The notes below the pieces were generated by a model, which searched no databases, was not told the DNA's origin, and was given only the letters and a program-made list of their open reading frames with translations. This document shows positions 1-8,295 of a DNA stretch of 64,000 nt, one piece after another (within the stretch, counting starts at the first letter, position 1; each line of letters starts with the position of its first letter). The position numbers and the translations under genes were made by a program. This DNA is from Mycobacterium sp. (GTDB taxonomy: Bacteria > Actinomycetota > Actinomycetes > Mycobacteriales > Mycobacteriaceae), in NCBI RefSeq assembly GCF_035697385.1, contig NZ_DASSCY010000201.1, forward strand, positions 22,462 to 86,461, read 5' to 3'.

Positions 1-35
1 TCCGGGAGACCACTCGCCGTTCTACTCACGGCCAT
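1..35 (-). CDS. Possible 5' end of a gene running off the left edge (MAVSRTASGLP...)
   Basis: ATG at 33-35 on the minus strand, 35 bp after the DoxX stop, frame open to the edge; too short to identify. Confidence 0.3.
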   Translation of the reverse strand, partial: MAVSRTASGLP

Positions 36-69
36 CGGTGCTTGCCGATGTTCTGCTCGGCCTGGCGAA

Positions 70-591
70 CTAGGCGTCGGCCTTGGCCGGTGGCCGATAG
101 AAGATGGCCAGCTGGCCGATGCCGCCGGCCAGGCCCAGGCCGGCCGAGATCAGCAGACCCCACCAGCCGTGGAGGAATTCGTAAAGGCCGGTGGTACCGA
201 AGAGCACGTAGTCCAGGCTGAGCTTGCCCGCACCGATGGTCGCCACCGCGACGGCGGACACCGCGAGCACCAAGTTGTACTCCCAGCCCTCCTTGACGAT
301 GAAGAAGCCGTTGGGCCGGTGCACAGTCCAGGCGGCGACGAGCATCAGGGCGACGAAACCGGCGGCGGGGACCGGGGTGAGCAACCCGAGCGCCAGGCCA
401 ATGCCCGCCGACATCTCTGTTGTCGCCGCGATCCTCGCGTGGAACATGCCCGGCTTCATCCCCATGCTGTCGAACCAGCCCGCGGTGCCCTTGAGGCCCC
501 CCGGCCCGAAGAACTTGTTGTAACCGTGGGCGGCCATGGTCAGACCCAGCGCCACCCGCAGGATCAGCACTCCGACGTCGTAGGCAGTCAT
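70..591 (-). CDS. DoxX family membrane protein
   Basis: LRVALGLTMAAHG..K, E..AG, GWEY motifs with several hydrophobic helices; start set to ATG 591, 7 nt after a TAGATT -10 box (599-604). Confidence 0.85.
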   Translation of the reverse strand: MTAYDVGVLILRVALGLTMAAHGYNKFFGPGGLKGTAGWFDSMGMKPGMFHARIAATTEMSAGIGLALGLLTPVPAAGFVALMLVAAWTVHRPNGFFIVKEGWEYNLVLAVSAVAVATIGAGKLSLDYVLFGTTGLYEFLHGWWGLLISAGLGLAGGIGQLAIFYRPPAKADA

Positions 592-613
592 GCAACAGAA
601 TCTAGGCCATGTG

Positions 614-1378
614 TTAAGCCGCCGCCCAGCCCCCGTCCACGCTGAGGATGGCGCCGTGAATGTTCGCGGCGTCGTCACTGGCCAGGAACACCACCGCGGC
701 GGCGACCTCGGCCGGGGTGCTCATCCGCCGCGACGGGATGCGCGCGAGCACGGGCGCGACGTGGTCGGCGAACTGCTCCTGGCGTTCTGTGGCGATCGGC
801 CCCGGGGCGACGGCGTTGACCCGCACTCCGAACGGCCCGTACTCCGCGGCCCACGACTGGGTCAACGAATGAATCGCCGCCTTGTTGGAGCTGTAGACGG
901 CGGACCCGTCGCCGCCGCGCAGCCCGGTGATCGACCCGATGTTCACGATCGCGCCCTCACCCCGCTGCACCATCGCCGGAGCGAGCGCCCCGGTCAGCAG
1001 GAACGGCGCGAACACGTTGACCGCGAACGCATCACGCAGCAGTTGCTCGGAGATGTCAGCGGTCGGCGTCGGCATCAGCAGCATCGCCGCGTTGTTGACC
1101 AGGATGTCGATGTGCCCGCCCGCAGCGGCGGCGGCCTGCTCGGCAAGGCGACGAACCTCTACTCCTCCTGCGCCGATATCGGCGGCGACGAACTCGGCGC
1201 GGCCCCCTTCGGATCGGATGCCCGCGACGACGGCATCGCCCCGTTGCTTATCGCGACCACTGACGACGACGAATGCTCCTTCACCGGCCAACGCGGAAGC
1301 GATGGCCACGCCGAGACCGCCTGTCGAACCGGTGACAAGTGCTGTGCGGCCTGTCAGCCGCGTACTCTTTGGACTCAT
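614..1378 (-). CDS. Short-chain dehydrogenase/reductase
   Basis: TGSTGGLG, NNA, YSSNK, NAVAPG motifs; start trimmed to MSPKSTRLTGR. Confidence 0.9.
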   Translation of the reverse strand: MSPKSTRLTGRTALVTGSTGGLGVAIASALAGEGAFVVVSGRDKQRGDAVVAGIRSEGGRAEFVAADIGAGGVEVRRLAEQAAAAAGGHIDILVNNAAMLLMPTPTADISEQLLRDAFAVNVFAPFLLTGALAPAMVQRGEGAIVNIGSITGLRGGDGSAVYSSNKAAIHSLTQSWAAEYGPFGVRVNAVAPGPIATERQEQFADHVAPVLARIPSRRMSTPAEVAAAVVFLASDDAANIHGAILSVDGGWAAA

Positions 1379-1385
1379 GAGTCCA
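1370..1385. promoter_or_regulatory. Perfect 16-bp palindrome TGGACTCATGAGTCCA, likely TetR operator
   Basis: Centred on the SDR start codon, between the divergent SDR and TetR genes. Confidence 0.7.
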
Positions 1386-1403
1386 TATGCTCCGCTTCTA
1401 AAA

Positions 1404-2009
1404 ATGGACCGGCAAGTCCAGACGTTGACCGCGAAGGGGCAGGCGACGCGGCAGCGGATCATCGAGGGCGCGGCGGCAGAGATCCGCGACCGTGGTATTT
1501 CCGCGACGACGCTGGACGACATTCGAGCACGCACCCACACGTCGAAGAGCCAGCTGTTCCATTACTTCCCTGACGGCAAGGACCAGCTGCTGCTCGCGGT
1601 CGCCGAGCAGGAAGCGCAATCGGTGCTTGACGATCAGCAGCCTCATCTGGGCGCGCTGACGTCATGGGCGGCGTGGCAGCGGTGGCGCGACACAGTGGTA
1701 GACCGCTACCGGCGCCAAGGCCAGCACTGCCCGCTAGCGGTGCTGATGTCGGAGATCGGCCGCACAACGCCCGGCGCCCAGGCGGTCACGTCCGCATTGA
1801 TGCGCAGGTGGCACAACGAGATCGCCGCAGGCGTGCGGCACATGCAATCGCAGGGCAAGGTCGCCGAGCGGCTAGATGCGGAGCGGGTCGCCGCTGCACT
1901 ACTCGCAGGCATCCAGGGCGGAGTTGGCGTGATGCTCGCCACCGGTGACCTCAGCTATCTGGAAGCGGCGCTCGACGTCGGGATCGCGTCGCTGCGCTGG
2001 CGGCACTGA
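1404..2009 (+). CDS. TetR/AcrR family regulator
   Basis: TRQRIIEGAA...TTLDDIRARTHTSKSQLFHYFPDGK helix-turn-helix; alternative in-frame start at 1377. Confidence 0.9.
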   Translation: MDRQVQTLTAKGQATRQRIIEGAAAEIRDRGISATTLDDIRARTHTSKSQLFHYFPDGKDQLLLAVAEQEAQSVLDDQQPHLGALTSWAAWQRWRDTVVDRYRRQGQHCPLAVLMSEIGRTTPGAQAVTSALMRRWHNEIAAGVRHMQSQGKVAERLDAERVAAALLAGIQGGVGVMLATGDLSYLEAALDVGIASLRWRH

Positions 2010-3231
2010 TCGAGTAGGTGATGCCCGCACGACGGAGCCGGTCCAGAAACTCCGACCCAAGCGCAATCGTCGGGGTGACGACACCGGCGCGGCCGCTTCC
2101 CGCCGCAAGCGCCAGGCCGGCTTCGGCGAGGATGTTCGGCGTCGACCGGTAGCCCGCATTCCCGTCGGCATCGAGTCGGGCGGTCAGCGAATGTCCGGCC
2201 TCGGAGACCGCGAGCGCATGCAGTCGGTAGCCGAGCATGTCCAGCGTGGCTTCGTTGGGGCCTCGCCCCGCCGTTGGCCCCATACGCTGCATCGCCGCGA
2301 GACGGAACCGATCGCCACGTCCGCCCCTGCCTTCGGACAGCGCGACAATGCTGCGCATCATCGCGGAGAAACCGTGTGCCATCAGTCGCGCAGCGCCCGG
2401 CATTCCGTCGAGAGTCCGGGTCGCGTTGAACGCCTCCTGATAAACGAACCCCGACGCATAGCCGTCGCCGCCGAGAAGCTCGTTAGTCCGATGAATGACC
2501 GCGGGGTTGACGAAGGGCGCAGGCGCCAGCGGCAGCAGCCAGTCCCCGGTGACCGGATCGCGACGGGCTCGCAGATCGATAGCGTTTGCGGATCCGTCAC
2601 CGCGACTGGCGACAAGCGCGAACGGATCGGTCAGCCCCTTGGCTCTTGCGAACGCGACTGTGGTCGCGATCGTTCCGCCACTCATGCCGAGACCCACCCG
2701 CAGCGGATGACGCCGATACGTGAAAGCCGTTTGGATGTGGACTGATTGAAGCCGGGAGCCCTCGGCGCGCAACCGCTGGTGAAGTGCATTGACGAGCAGG
2801 TCGAACGGCACCGCCTCGTAGCCGCAGGACGGGACCACGGTGACGCCCTTCGCCGTCGCCTCTTCATGATGGCGACCCTGCAACTCGCCCGTGAGTCCGA
2901 TCTCACCAGAGAGGTCCGCGTAGTGCGTGCCGGTGTCGATGCATGCCGCCACCAATGCTTCGGCATGCGGGCGATAAGGCCCTGCCAAGTTGAGCACCAC
3001 CCGGGTTCGCTCTGTCATCGCGCGCAGCGCTGCCGCGTCGTCCAGCGACGCGACGATCACTGGAATGTGCGCCGGCCGTTCGCTCAGGTTGTCCAGTGCT
3101 GCCCATCGGCGACCCGCGACGGCCCAGGTCGGGCGCGCGGGATGGTCGGCGAGATAGCGCAGGAGTTGACGAGCGGTGTAGCCATTGGCGCCGTACACCA
3201 CCACGTCCATGCGTTCGGCCTGACCGTGCAT
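1951..3231 (-). CDS. Saccharopine dehydrogenase-like / trans-acting enoyl reductase family oxidoreductase
   Basis: VVVYGANGYTA, NLAGPY, YADLSGE, PSCGYEAVPFD, GVVTP motifs; start 3231 or 3210; 59-bp convergent overlap with the TetR gene. Confidence 0.8.
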   Translation of the reverse strand: MHGQAERMDVVVYGANGYTARQLLRYLADHPARPTWAVAGRRWAALDNLSERPAHIPVIVASLDDAAALRAMTERTRVVLNLAGPYRPHAEALVAACIDTGTHYADLSGEIGLTGELQGRHHEEATAKGVTVVPSCGYEAVPFDLLVNALHQRLRAEGSRLQSVHIQTAFTYRRHPLRVGLGMSGGTIATTVAFARAKGLTDPFALVASRGDGSANAIDLRARRDPVTGDWLLPLAPAPFVNPAVIHRTNELLGGDGYASGFVYQEAFNATRTLDGMPGAARLMAHGFSAMMRSIVALSEGRGGRGDRFRLAAMQRMGPTAGRGPNEATLDMLGYRLHALAVSEAGHSLTARLDADGNAGYRSTPNILAEAGLALAAGSGRAGVVTPTIALGSEFLDRLRRAGITYSISAASAATRSRRRAPLPDS

Positions 3232-3280
3232 TACACTTAAGCTAGATGTTTCAATCAGTTTACACAATGGATCACATGTA

Positions 3281-3874
3281 ATGCCACGTGAGACGCCGCT
3301 CGCTCGCGCGCTGGCCGGAACCGACCTCCGGCCGACGCCGCTGGATGCGCTGCACGTAGCGCGTCGTCGATTCCTCGCCGGCGAACGGGTCGATATGAGT
3401 TCGGTGGCTGAAGAACTCGGGGTCAGCCGGGTGACGCTGTATCGCTGGGTCGGCAACCGCGGCGCGCTGCTCGGCGAAGTAATGGGGACGCTGGCGATCC
3501 GCTCGCTGGAAGCCGAGGACGCGCGCATCAAGGCGATCGGTCGCGAACGGATCGCCCATCTCGCGACGCATATTGTGCAGTCACTGATGGCGCATCCGGG
3601 CATGCAGGCGTTGCTCGCCGCCGAACCGGAATTCGCCCTGCGGCTACTCACCACTGCGGAGGGCAGCGTTCAGGCCCGCATCATGGATTGGTGGGAACGG
3701 GCCTTGACTGAGGAGATCACCGCGGGACGGATGCGCAGTCCGCTACCCGCGCGCGATATCGCGTATTTGATTGTGCGGCTGTGCGAATCGTTCGTGTACA
3801 AGGAGGTCATCGTCGGCGAGCAGGCCGACCCAGACCAGGCCGCCGTGCTGTTCCGGATGGTCCTTCCTAGCTGA
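3281..3874 (+). CDS. TetR family regulator (QsdR-like)
   Basis: DMSSVAEELGVSRVTLYRWVGNR HTH and QsdR-type C-terminal region (LIVRLCESF.Y). Confidence 0.85.
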   Translation: MPRETPLARALAGTDLRPTPLDALHVARRRFLAGERVDMSSVAEELGVSRVTLYRWVGNRGALLGEVMGTLAIRSLEAEDARIKAIGRERIAHLATHIVQSLMAHPGMQALLAAEPEFALRLLTTAEGSVQARIMDWWERALTEEITAGRMRSPLPARDIAYLIVRLCESFVYKEVIVGEQADPDQAAVLFRMVLPS

Positions 3875-5126
3875 GCGCTGCGTCCAGGCGCGCCACATAC
3901 GCGTCGACATCGCCGATCGCCGACTCCGCCGCATGGACACTGATCGCGATGGTGCCGCCGATGCCGTGCACACCGTGCGTGAGCCCCATCATCGGTGACA
4001 GGCCCGGATACCCGGCCGTCAGCACAACTGGCGCCTCACCGAAGTTCAAGTCCGCTGCACCGCGGTTGACGCTGGAGACCACTGTGTTGCCGATGACCGT
4101 CGGCGATCGCACGTCGGCGTCGAATTGCGCTACGCCCCAACGCAGGAGCGGCGCCGGGACGGCTGCGGACGCCCGGCTCGCCGCGGACATCCCCGGATGG
4201 GCGGCACGACGGCGGCGCTGCGCAAAGTCCTCCGCGATGCGGCTCGTCCGCTCATCGAAGTCGAGATCCGGATACAGGCCGATGCCGACATTGCCGAAGT
4301 GGTTATGTCCTTGTCTAACTCCGCTTTTCGCCATCGGCACCTCGGCGCCAAGCGTGGACGTGTCGTCGCCGAATTCGCGCAGATGTGCCGATAGCGCCGT
4401 CGATACCGCGGCCAGCACCGCAACGGTCACCGTCGGTCCCGACAGCTGATCGCGGTGCCGGAGGATCGTGCGGACGCTACGAACCCCGGTCGGACGCGTG
4501 TTGGTGTGCAGCGCGGGACGCAAATCCGCCTGCGGGGGAACCACTCCGGCCTCGGTGTCGCGGACCAGTTGCCGATGCATGCGGGCGGCTCGAACGCTGC
4601 GCCAAGGCAGCGCCACGCCAAGAAACGGTCGGGGCGAGGCCACCGCGGGCACCCTTCCTTGCCGACCAAACAGCTTGGCGGCCAGCGCCGAAACCCGGAT
4701 GCCGTCGCCCAGCGCATGGATGGCCTGCAACACCACGACCGTTCCGGTGCCTCCGCCAGGCACTCCCTCGACCGGCGTGAAGACGTGTAGCCGCCACGTC
4801 ATCGCCCGCGCGTCGAGTTGGTTCTCCCCCAACCGGGCTACCGCGGCCAGACACCCGCCCCAGGTCCGGTCGGCCAAGTCATGCACCACGAACTGGTCGT
4901 CGGTGATCTCACCGGCCACCCACGCCGGATATGTCAGAGGCCCGCGATCCTTAACCCGCAGTGTGAGCTCCGGAGACACCCGCGCCTGGTCACGAATCTC
5001 CGCCAACGCCGTCTCGAAGTCGGACGGCACGCCGGCGAAGCCGTACAACAGGAACTGGTCGTTGGGAATCTTCGCCGACATCCACAACGTCTGCGCATCG
5101 ACTGCAGAGAGTCCGCGCTCGCGCAT
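3867..5126 (-). CDS. WS/DGAT-like acyltransferase domain protein (Rv1125-like)
   Basis: LSAVDAQ.LWMS start, PWRLHVF, HALGDG, GN, SSV motifs; synteny next to ephC. Confidence 0.8.
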   Translation of the reverse strand: MRERGLSAVDAQTLWMSAKIPNDQFLLYGFAGVPSDFETALAEIRDQARVSPELTLRVKDRGPLTYPAWVAGEITDDQFVVHDLADRTWGGCLAAVARLGENQLDARAMTWRLHVFTPVEGVPGGGTGTVVVLQAIHALGDGIRVSALAAKLFGRQGRVPAVASPRPFLGVALPWRSVRAARMHRQLVRDTEAGVVPPQADLRPALHTNTRPTGVRSVRTILRHRDQLSGPTVTVAVLAAVSTALSAHLREFGDDTSTLGAEVPMAKSGVRQGHNHFGNVGIGLYPDLDFDERTSRIAEDFAQRRRRAAHPGMSAASRASAAVPAPLLRWGVAQFDADVRSPTVIGNTVVSSVNRGAADLNFGEAPVVLTAGYPGLSPMMGLTHGVHGIGGTIAISVHAAESAIGDVDAYVARLDAALS

Positions 5127-5132
5127 GCCATC

Positions 5133-5142
5133 AGGCTAGGCT
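5133..5142. promoter_or_regulatory. Overlapping divergent -10 boxes (TAGCCT minus, TAGGCT plus) for two leaderless genes
   Basis: TANNNT hexamers share the TA at 5137-5138 and lie 6 and 8 nt from the ATGs at 5126 and 5151. Confidence 0.65.
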
Positions 5143-5150
5143 CTGAGACC

Positions 5151-5954
5151 ATGCTCCCGCCTGTGAACAAAGACGGGGCGGCGGTCATCACCGGTGCCTC
5201 TTCCGGGATCGGCGAGCAGATCGCACGCGAATTCGCCCGCCGCGGTTACCCATTGGTGTTGATCGCCCGAAGGGCCGAGCGGCTGCGCGAGTTGGCTGCA
5301 TCCCTGGATGGCGTGGCGCATGTCGTACCTGCCGACCTGTCGCGGGCTGCCGATCGGGCCGCCCTCCCGGCGCAGGTGGCCGCCCTTGGCGTCACCACGG
5401 ACATCCTGGTCAACAACGCCGGCGTGTCGAATCTGGGCCCGGTGGCCAGCTCGGATGCCGAGGCCGAACTCAGGCTGATCGAGGTCGACGTCAGCGCCGT
5501 CGTCGACCTGTGCAGCCGGTTCGTGCCCGGCATGGTCGCGCGCGGCAGCGGCGTCGTGCTCAACGTCGCATCGGTCGGCGCGTTCGGTCCTGTGCCTGGG
5601 CAGGCCACCTACGGCGCCGCCAAGGCGTTCGTACTGTCCTACACCGAGGCGATGCGACAAGAGCTTCGTGGCACCGGCGTCACGGCGGCCACGCTGTGCC
5701 CAGGGCCGGTGCGCACCGGGTTCGGCGAAGCCGCGGGCATATCCACCGAAGAAGCCGAGAAGTCGCTGCCGCAGTTCCTATGGGCCGACGCCGACGACGT
5801 GGCCCGGACAGGGGTCGACGGCCTGGCTGCCGGCAAGGGCGTGATCGTGCCCGGAGTGCCCAATCGGATCGCGGCGGCGATCTACCGGCACGCGCCGCGG
5901 CGGCTGCTGCTGCCGCTGATCGCCCGCAACCACCCAGGGCTCAAGCAGTCCTAG
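5151..5954 (+). CDS. Short-chain dehydrogenase/reductase, probably NADP(H)
   Basis: TGASSGIG, ARR, NNAG, YGAAK, LCPGPV; start trimmed to MLPPVNK. Confidence 0.9.
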   Translation: MLPPVNKDGAAVITGASSGIGEQIAREFARRGYPLVLIARRAERLRELAASLDGVAHVVPADLSRAADRAALPAQVAALGVTTDILVNNAGVSNLGPVASSDAEAELRLIEVDVSAVVDLCSRFVPGMVARGSGVVLNVASVGAFGPVPGQATYGAAKAFVLSYTEAMRQELRGTGVTAATLCPGPVRTGFGEAAGISTEEAEKSLPQFLWADADDVARTGVDGLAAGKGVIVPGVPNRIAAAIYRHAPRRLLLPLIARNHPGLKQS

Positions 5955-5969
5955 GCCGGCGCGAGCACG

Positions 5970-6872
5970 CTAGGCCGCGCGGCCGACGAAGTCGACGATG
6001 TGGCGCGCAACGACGTCGGGTTGTTCAAGCTGCAGGAAGTGCCCTGCGCTCTCGACGATTGCGAGTTCGCTTCCTTCGGGCAGCACCCTCTGTATCCACG
6101 GCGTGTAGTCGCCTGAACACCCATCGTCTGCCCCGTGCAGATACAGCGTCGGCAATCTGGGCGCCGACAGCCAGTGCTCGTGCAATTCTGCGTACTGGCT
6201 GGGCGGCCGGCTGTTCCGGATCGTGGCGCGGTAGTAGCCGAGCGCGGCGCGCCACCGCTCGGGTGCGCCGATAGCCGCATCGACGTGACGCAGATCCTCC
6301 TCGGCGCGGTACCCAGGCGACCATTGCCGCCACAGTCGCGGCACCACCCACGACGCGGAACGATCTGGCAGCCAAGGCAATTGGAAGTACATGATGTACC
6401 AGCTGCGGAGCAGCTGACGGGGCAACCGCGCGGCAAGCCTGCCCGGCTGCGGTACCTTGCCCAGCGGCCGAAACGCCGCACTCAACGGGACGGACATCAC
6501 CACCGCCTTCTCAAACGGGCTGTCGGGCATCGCCGCGAGGCCGGGAGCGGTGATCGCACCCCAGTCATGGCCGATGATCACATCACGACCTGTCGGACCG
6601 ACTGCGTCGAGAACTCGCAGCGCGTCGTCCATCAGGGCGCCGACGTGATAGCTGCCGTCCGACGGCAGCGACGACGGCACGTAGCCACGCATGAACGGCG
6701 CCACCACCCGCCACCCGGCATCGACCAGCCGCGGGGCGACCTTTCGCCATGAATAGGCGGTGTCGGGAAAACCGTGGAGGCACAACGCGATCGGTGAATC
6801 GGCAGCACCCCACGTTAGTGCCCGAAGCTGCCCGGACGGGGTCTCGACGTCAATCCACTGTGGTTCGGCCAC
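5970..6872 (-). CDS. ephC: Alpha/beta hydrolase, epoxide hydrolase EphC-like (Rv1124)
   Basis: HGFPD, GHDWG nucleophile elbow, GHFLQLE; adjacent to the Rv1125 homolog. Confidence 0.75.
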   Translation of the reverse strand: MAEPQWIDVETPSGQLRALTWGAADSPIALCLHGFPDTAYSWRKVAPRLVDAGWRVVAPFMRGYVPSSLPSDGSYHVGALMDDALRVLDAVGPTGRDVIIGHDWGAITAPGLAAMPDSPFEKAVVMSVPLSAAFRPLGKVPQPGRLAARLPRQLLRSWYIMYFQLPWLPDRSASWVVPRLWRQWSPGYRAEEDLRHVDAAIGAPERWRAALGYYRATIRNSRPPSQYAELHEHWLSAPRLPTLYLHGADDGCSGDYTPWIQRVLPEGSELAIVESAGHFLQLEQPDVVARHIVDFVGRAA

Positions 6873-6877
6873 GACTC

Positions 6878-7558
6878 CTACACCGGGTCGAACTTCGAAA
6901 TCAGCCAGCGGTCGTCAACCTTGTCGAGCGTCACGCGCACACTCGACGCGGTGTCGGTGGGTGCATCCTGGCCTACCACCACGGTCTGGTTCACGAACAG
7001 GAGAACCACGGCGTGATTCGGGTCAGCGGACACCGAGGCGGCGCCCTGTTCGGGCACGCTGGCCACCGCGGTGATCTGCTTCTCCTTCGCGCCGGGGATC
7101 ACCACATCGTTGATGAGCGACGTGTACTGGTCGCGGAAATCACCAGTCAACAGATTCCGGGCGTCGTTGAGTTGCTGCTCGACGCTGTCGGGCTTGTAGG
7201 ACAGCATCTTTATCGTGGTGTCCTTGGCGGCCTGAACCGCCTCGATGCGGGCGGCCTGGCTGTCGCGCACCGAGTTGTCTTGCCACTTGAGGAATCCCGC
7301 GGCCATTGCCAGCACCAGTGCCAGGCCCGGCAACACGCCGAAGGCAAACACCCGCGGCCAGTTCACCCGCGACTTGGGCTTCTCCGGCTCAGTGGTCTCC
7401 GACGACGCTTCGGTGATTTCCGTTGGCTCGTCGGCCTTCTCGGTCGACTCGCCGACAGTCGACTCGTCGGCCGCCGAGTCCGTGGCCTGCTCGACTTCGG
7501 CGTCGACAGGCGTGCTCGTCTCGTCCTCGACCATGCTGTCTTTATCGTGTTTACTCAC
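6878..7558 (-). CDS. Mce-associated membrane (Mam) protein
   Basis: Acidic N-terminus, one TM helix, C-terminal SSVRVTLDKVDDRWLISKFDPV; end of the mce operon. Confidence 0.9.
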   Translation of the reverse strand: MSKHDKDSMVEDETSTPVDAEVEQATDSAADESTVGESTEKADEPTEITEASSETTEPEKPKSRVNWPRVFAFGVLPGLALVLAMAAGFLKWQDNSVRDSQAARIEAVQAAKDTTIKMLSYKPDSVEQQLNDARNLLTGDFRDQYTSLINDVVIPGAKEKQITAVASVPEQGAASVSADPNHAVVLLFVNQTVVVGQDAPTDTASSVRVTLDKVDDRWLISKFDPV

Positions 7559-8295
7559 GGAACGAACTCCACATTCGACACCTTCGCCTGGTCATCGACC
7601 TTCTCCACCGTGAGCCGCATTCGCCAGGCGCGTGGCTGTTGTTCGGGCGCACCCGCATTCGATGACTTGACCGTCACCGCCACCAACACCTCGGCGCCGT
7701 TTTCGGATGCGGATTCAAGCCCCGCCTCGGCGATGGTGCCTTCGGACTTCGACTGGGCTTGCTTGACGACCTCGATGAACGGCTGTGCGCGCTGCTGGAA
7801 GTCGTCGTAGAACGTACCGGTCGCCGAGTCCAGGATGCGCTGCACGTCGGCCTCGGCGTGCTCGAAGTTGATCGAGGTGAGGTTCAGCGCACCCTGCCTG
7901 CCGACCTGAAGGAAGAGGTTGCGTTGTTCATCGGCCTTACGCGACTCGTAGGCGCGGAATCCGAGCCAGCCCGTCAAGCCGCCCAGCGCCAGCACCAGCA
8001 CCAGGCCCGCGATCGTCGCCATCTGCACGTGCGACAGCCGCGGCTTGGCCGGCGCTTCATCGCCTAGGTCGTCGTCCAGATCCTCGGCACCCTCGTCCTC
8101 TGCACCCTCGTCCTCTGCGGCCTCGTCCTCTGCGGCCTCGTCATCGGACGTCTCGGGCGTGGTCGTACCGTCGTCGGCTGGCTTGTCGGCGGGCTTATCG
8201 GCGACGGCCCCCGTCTCCTCGACGGCGGTGGACTCAGGCTCGGCTGCTGTGGTCTTGCTCAGTTCCCCTTCGGGGGCAGCAGCATCGTCTGCCAT
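7555..8295 (-). CDS. Mce-associated membrane (Mam) protein
   Basis: Acidic N-terminus, TM helix, RAWRMRLTV...KVSNVEFVP; start trimmed to MADDAAAP. Confidence 0.9.
   Translation of the reverse strand: MADDAAAPEGELSKTTAAEPESTAVEETGAVADKPADKPADDGTTTPETSDDEAAEDEAAEDEGAEDEGAEDLDDDLGDEAPAKPRLSHVQMATIAGLVLVLALGGLTGWLGFRAYESRKADEQRNLFLQVGRQGALNLTSINFEHAEADVQRILDSATGTFYDDFQQRAQPFIEVVKQAQSKSEGTIAEAGLESASENGAEVLVAVTVKSSNAGAPEQQPRAWRMRLTVEKVDDQAKVSNVEFVP
8082..8141. repeat. In-frame 15-bp tandem repeat, about 4 units, encoding E(A/G)AED
   Basis: cctcgtcctctgcac, cctcgtcctctgcgg twice, plus partial units. Confidence 0.9.

Noticed and set aside
590-1573. Long plus-strand ORF (327 aa) opposite the SDR; similar antisense ORFs at 8847-9923, 34405-35394, 48093-49163, 59092-60417 and 61283-62917
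   Set aside because: They are shadows of well-supported genes in high-GC DNA, with no motifs, signals or own promoters.
1951-2009. Convergent 59-bp overlap as an antisense regulatory system
   Set aside because: More simply a short C-terminal run-on of the oxidoreductase; no further support.
8082-8141. Tandem repeat considered as a CRISPR array
   Set aside because: 15-bp in-frame units with no spacers and no cas genes.
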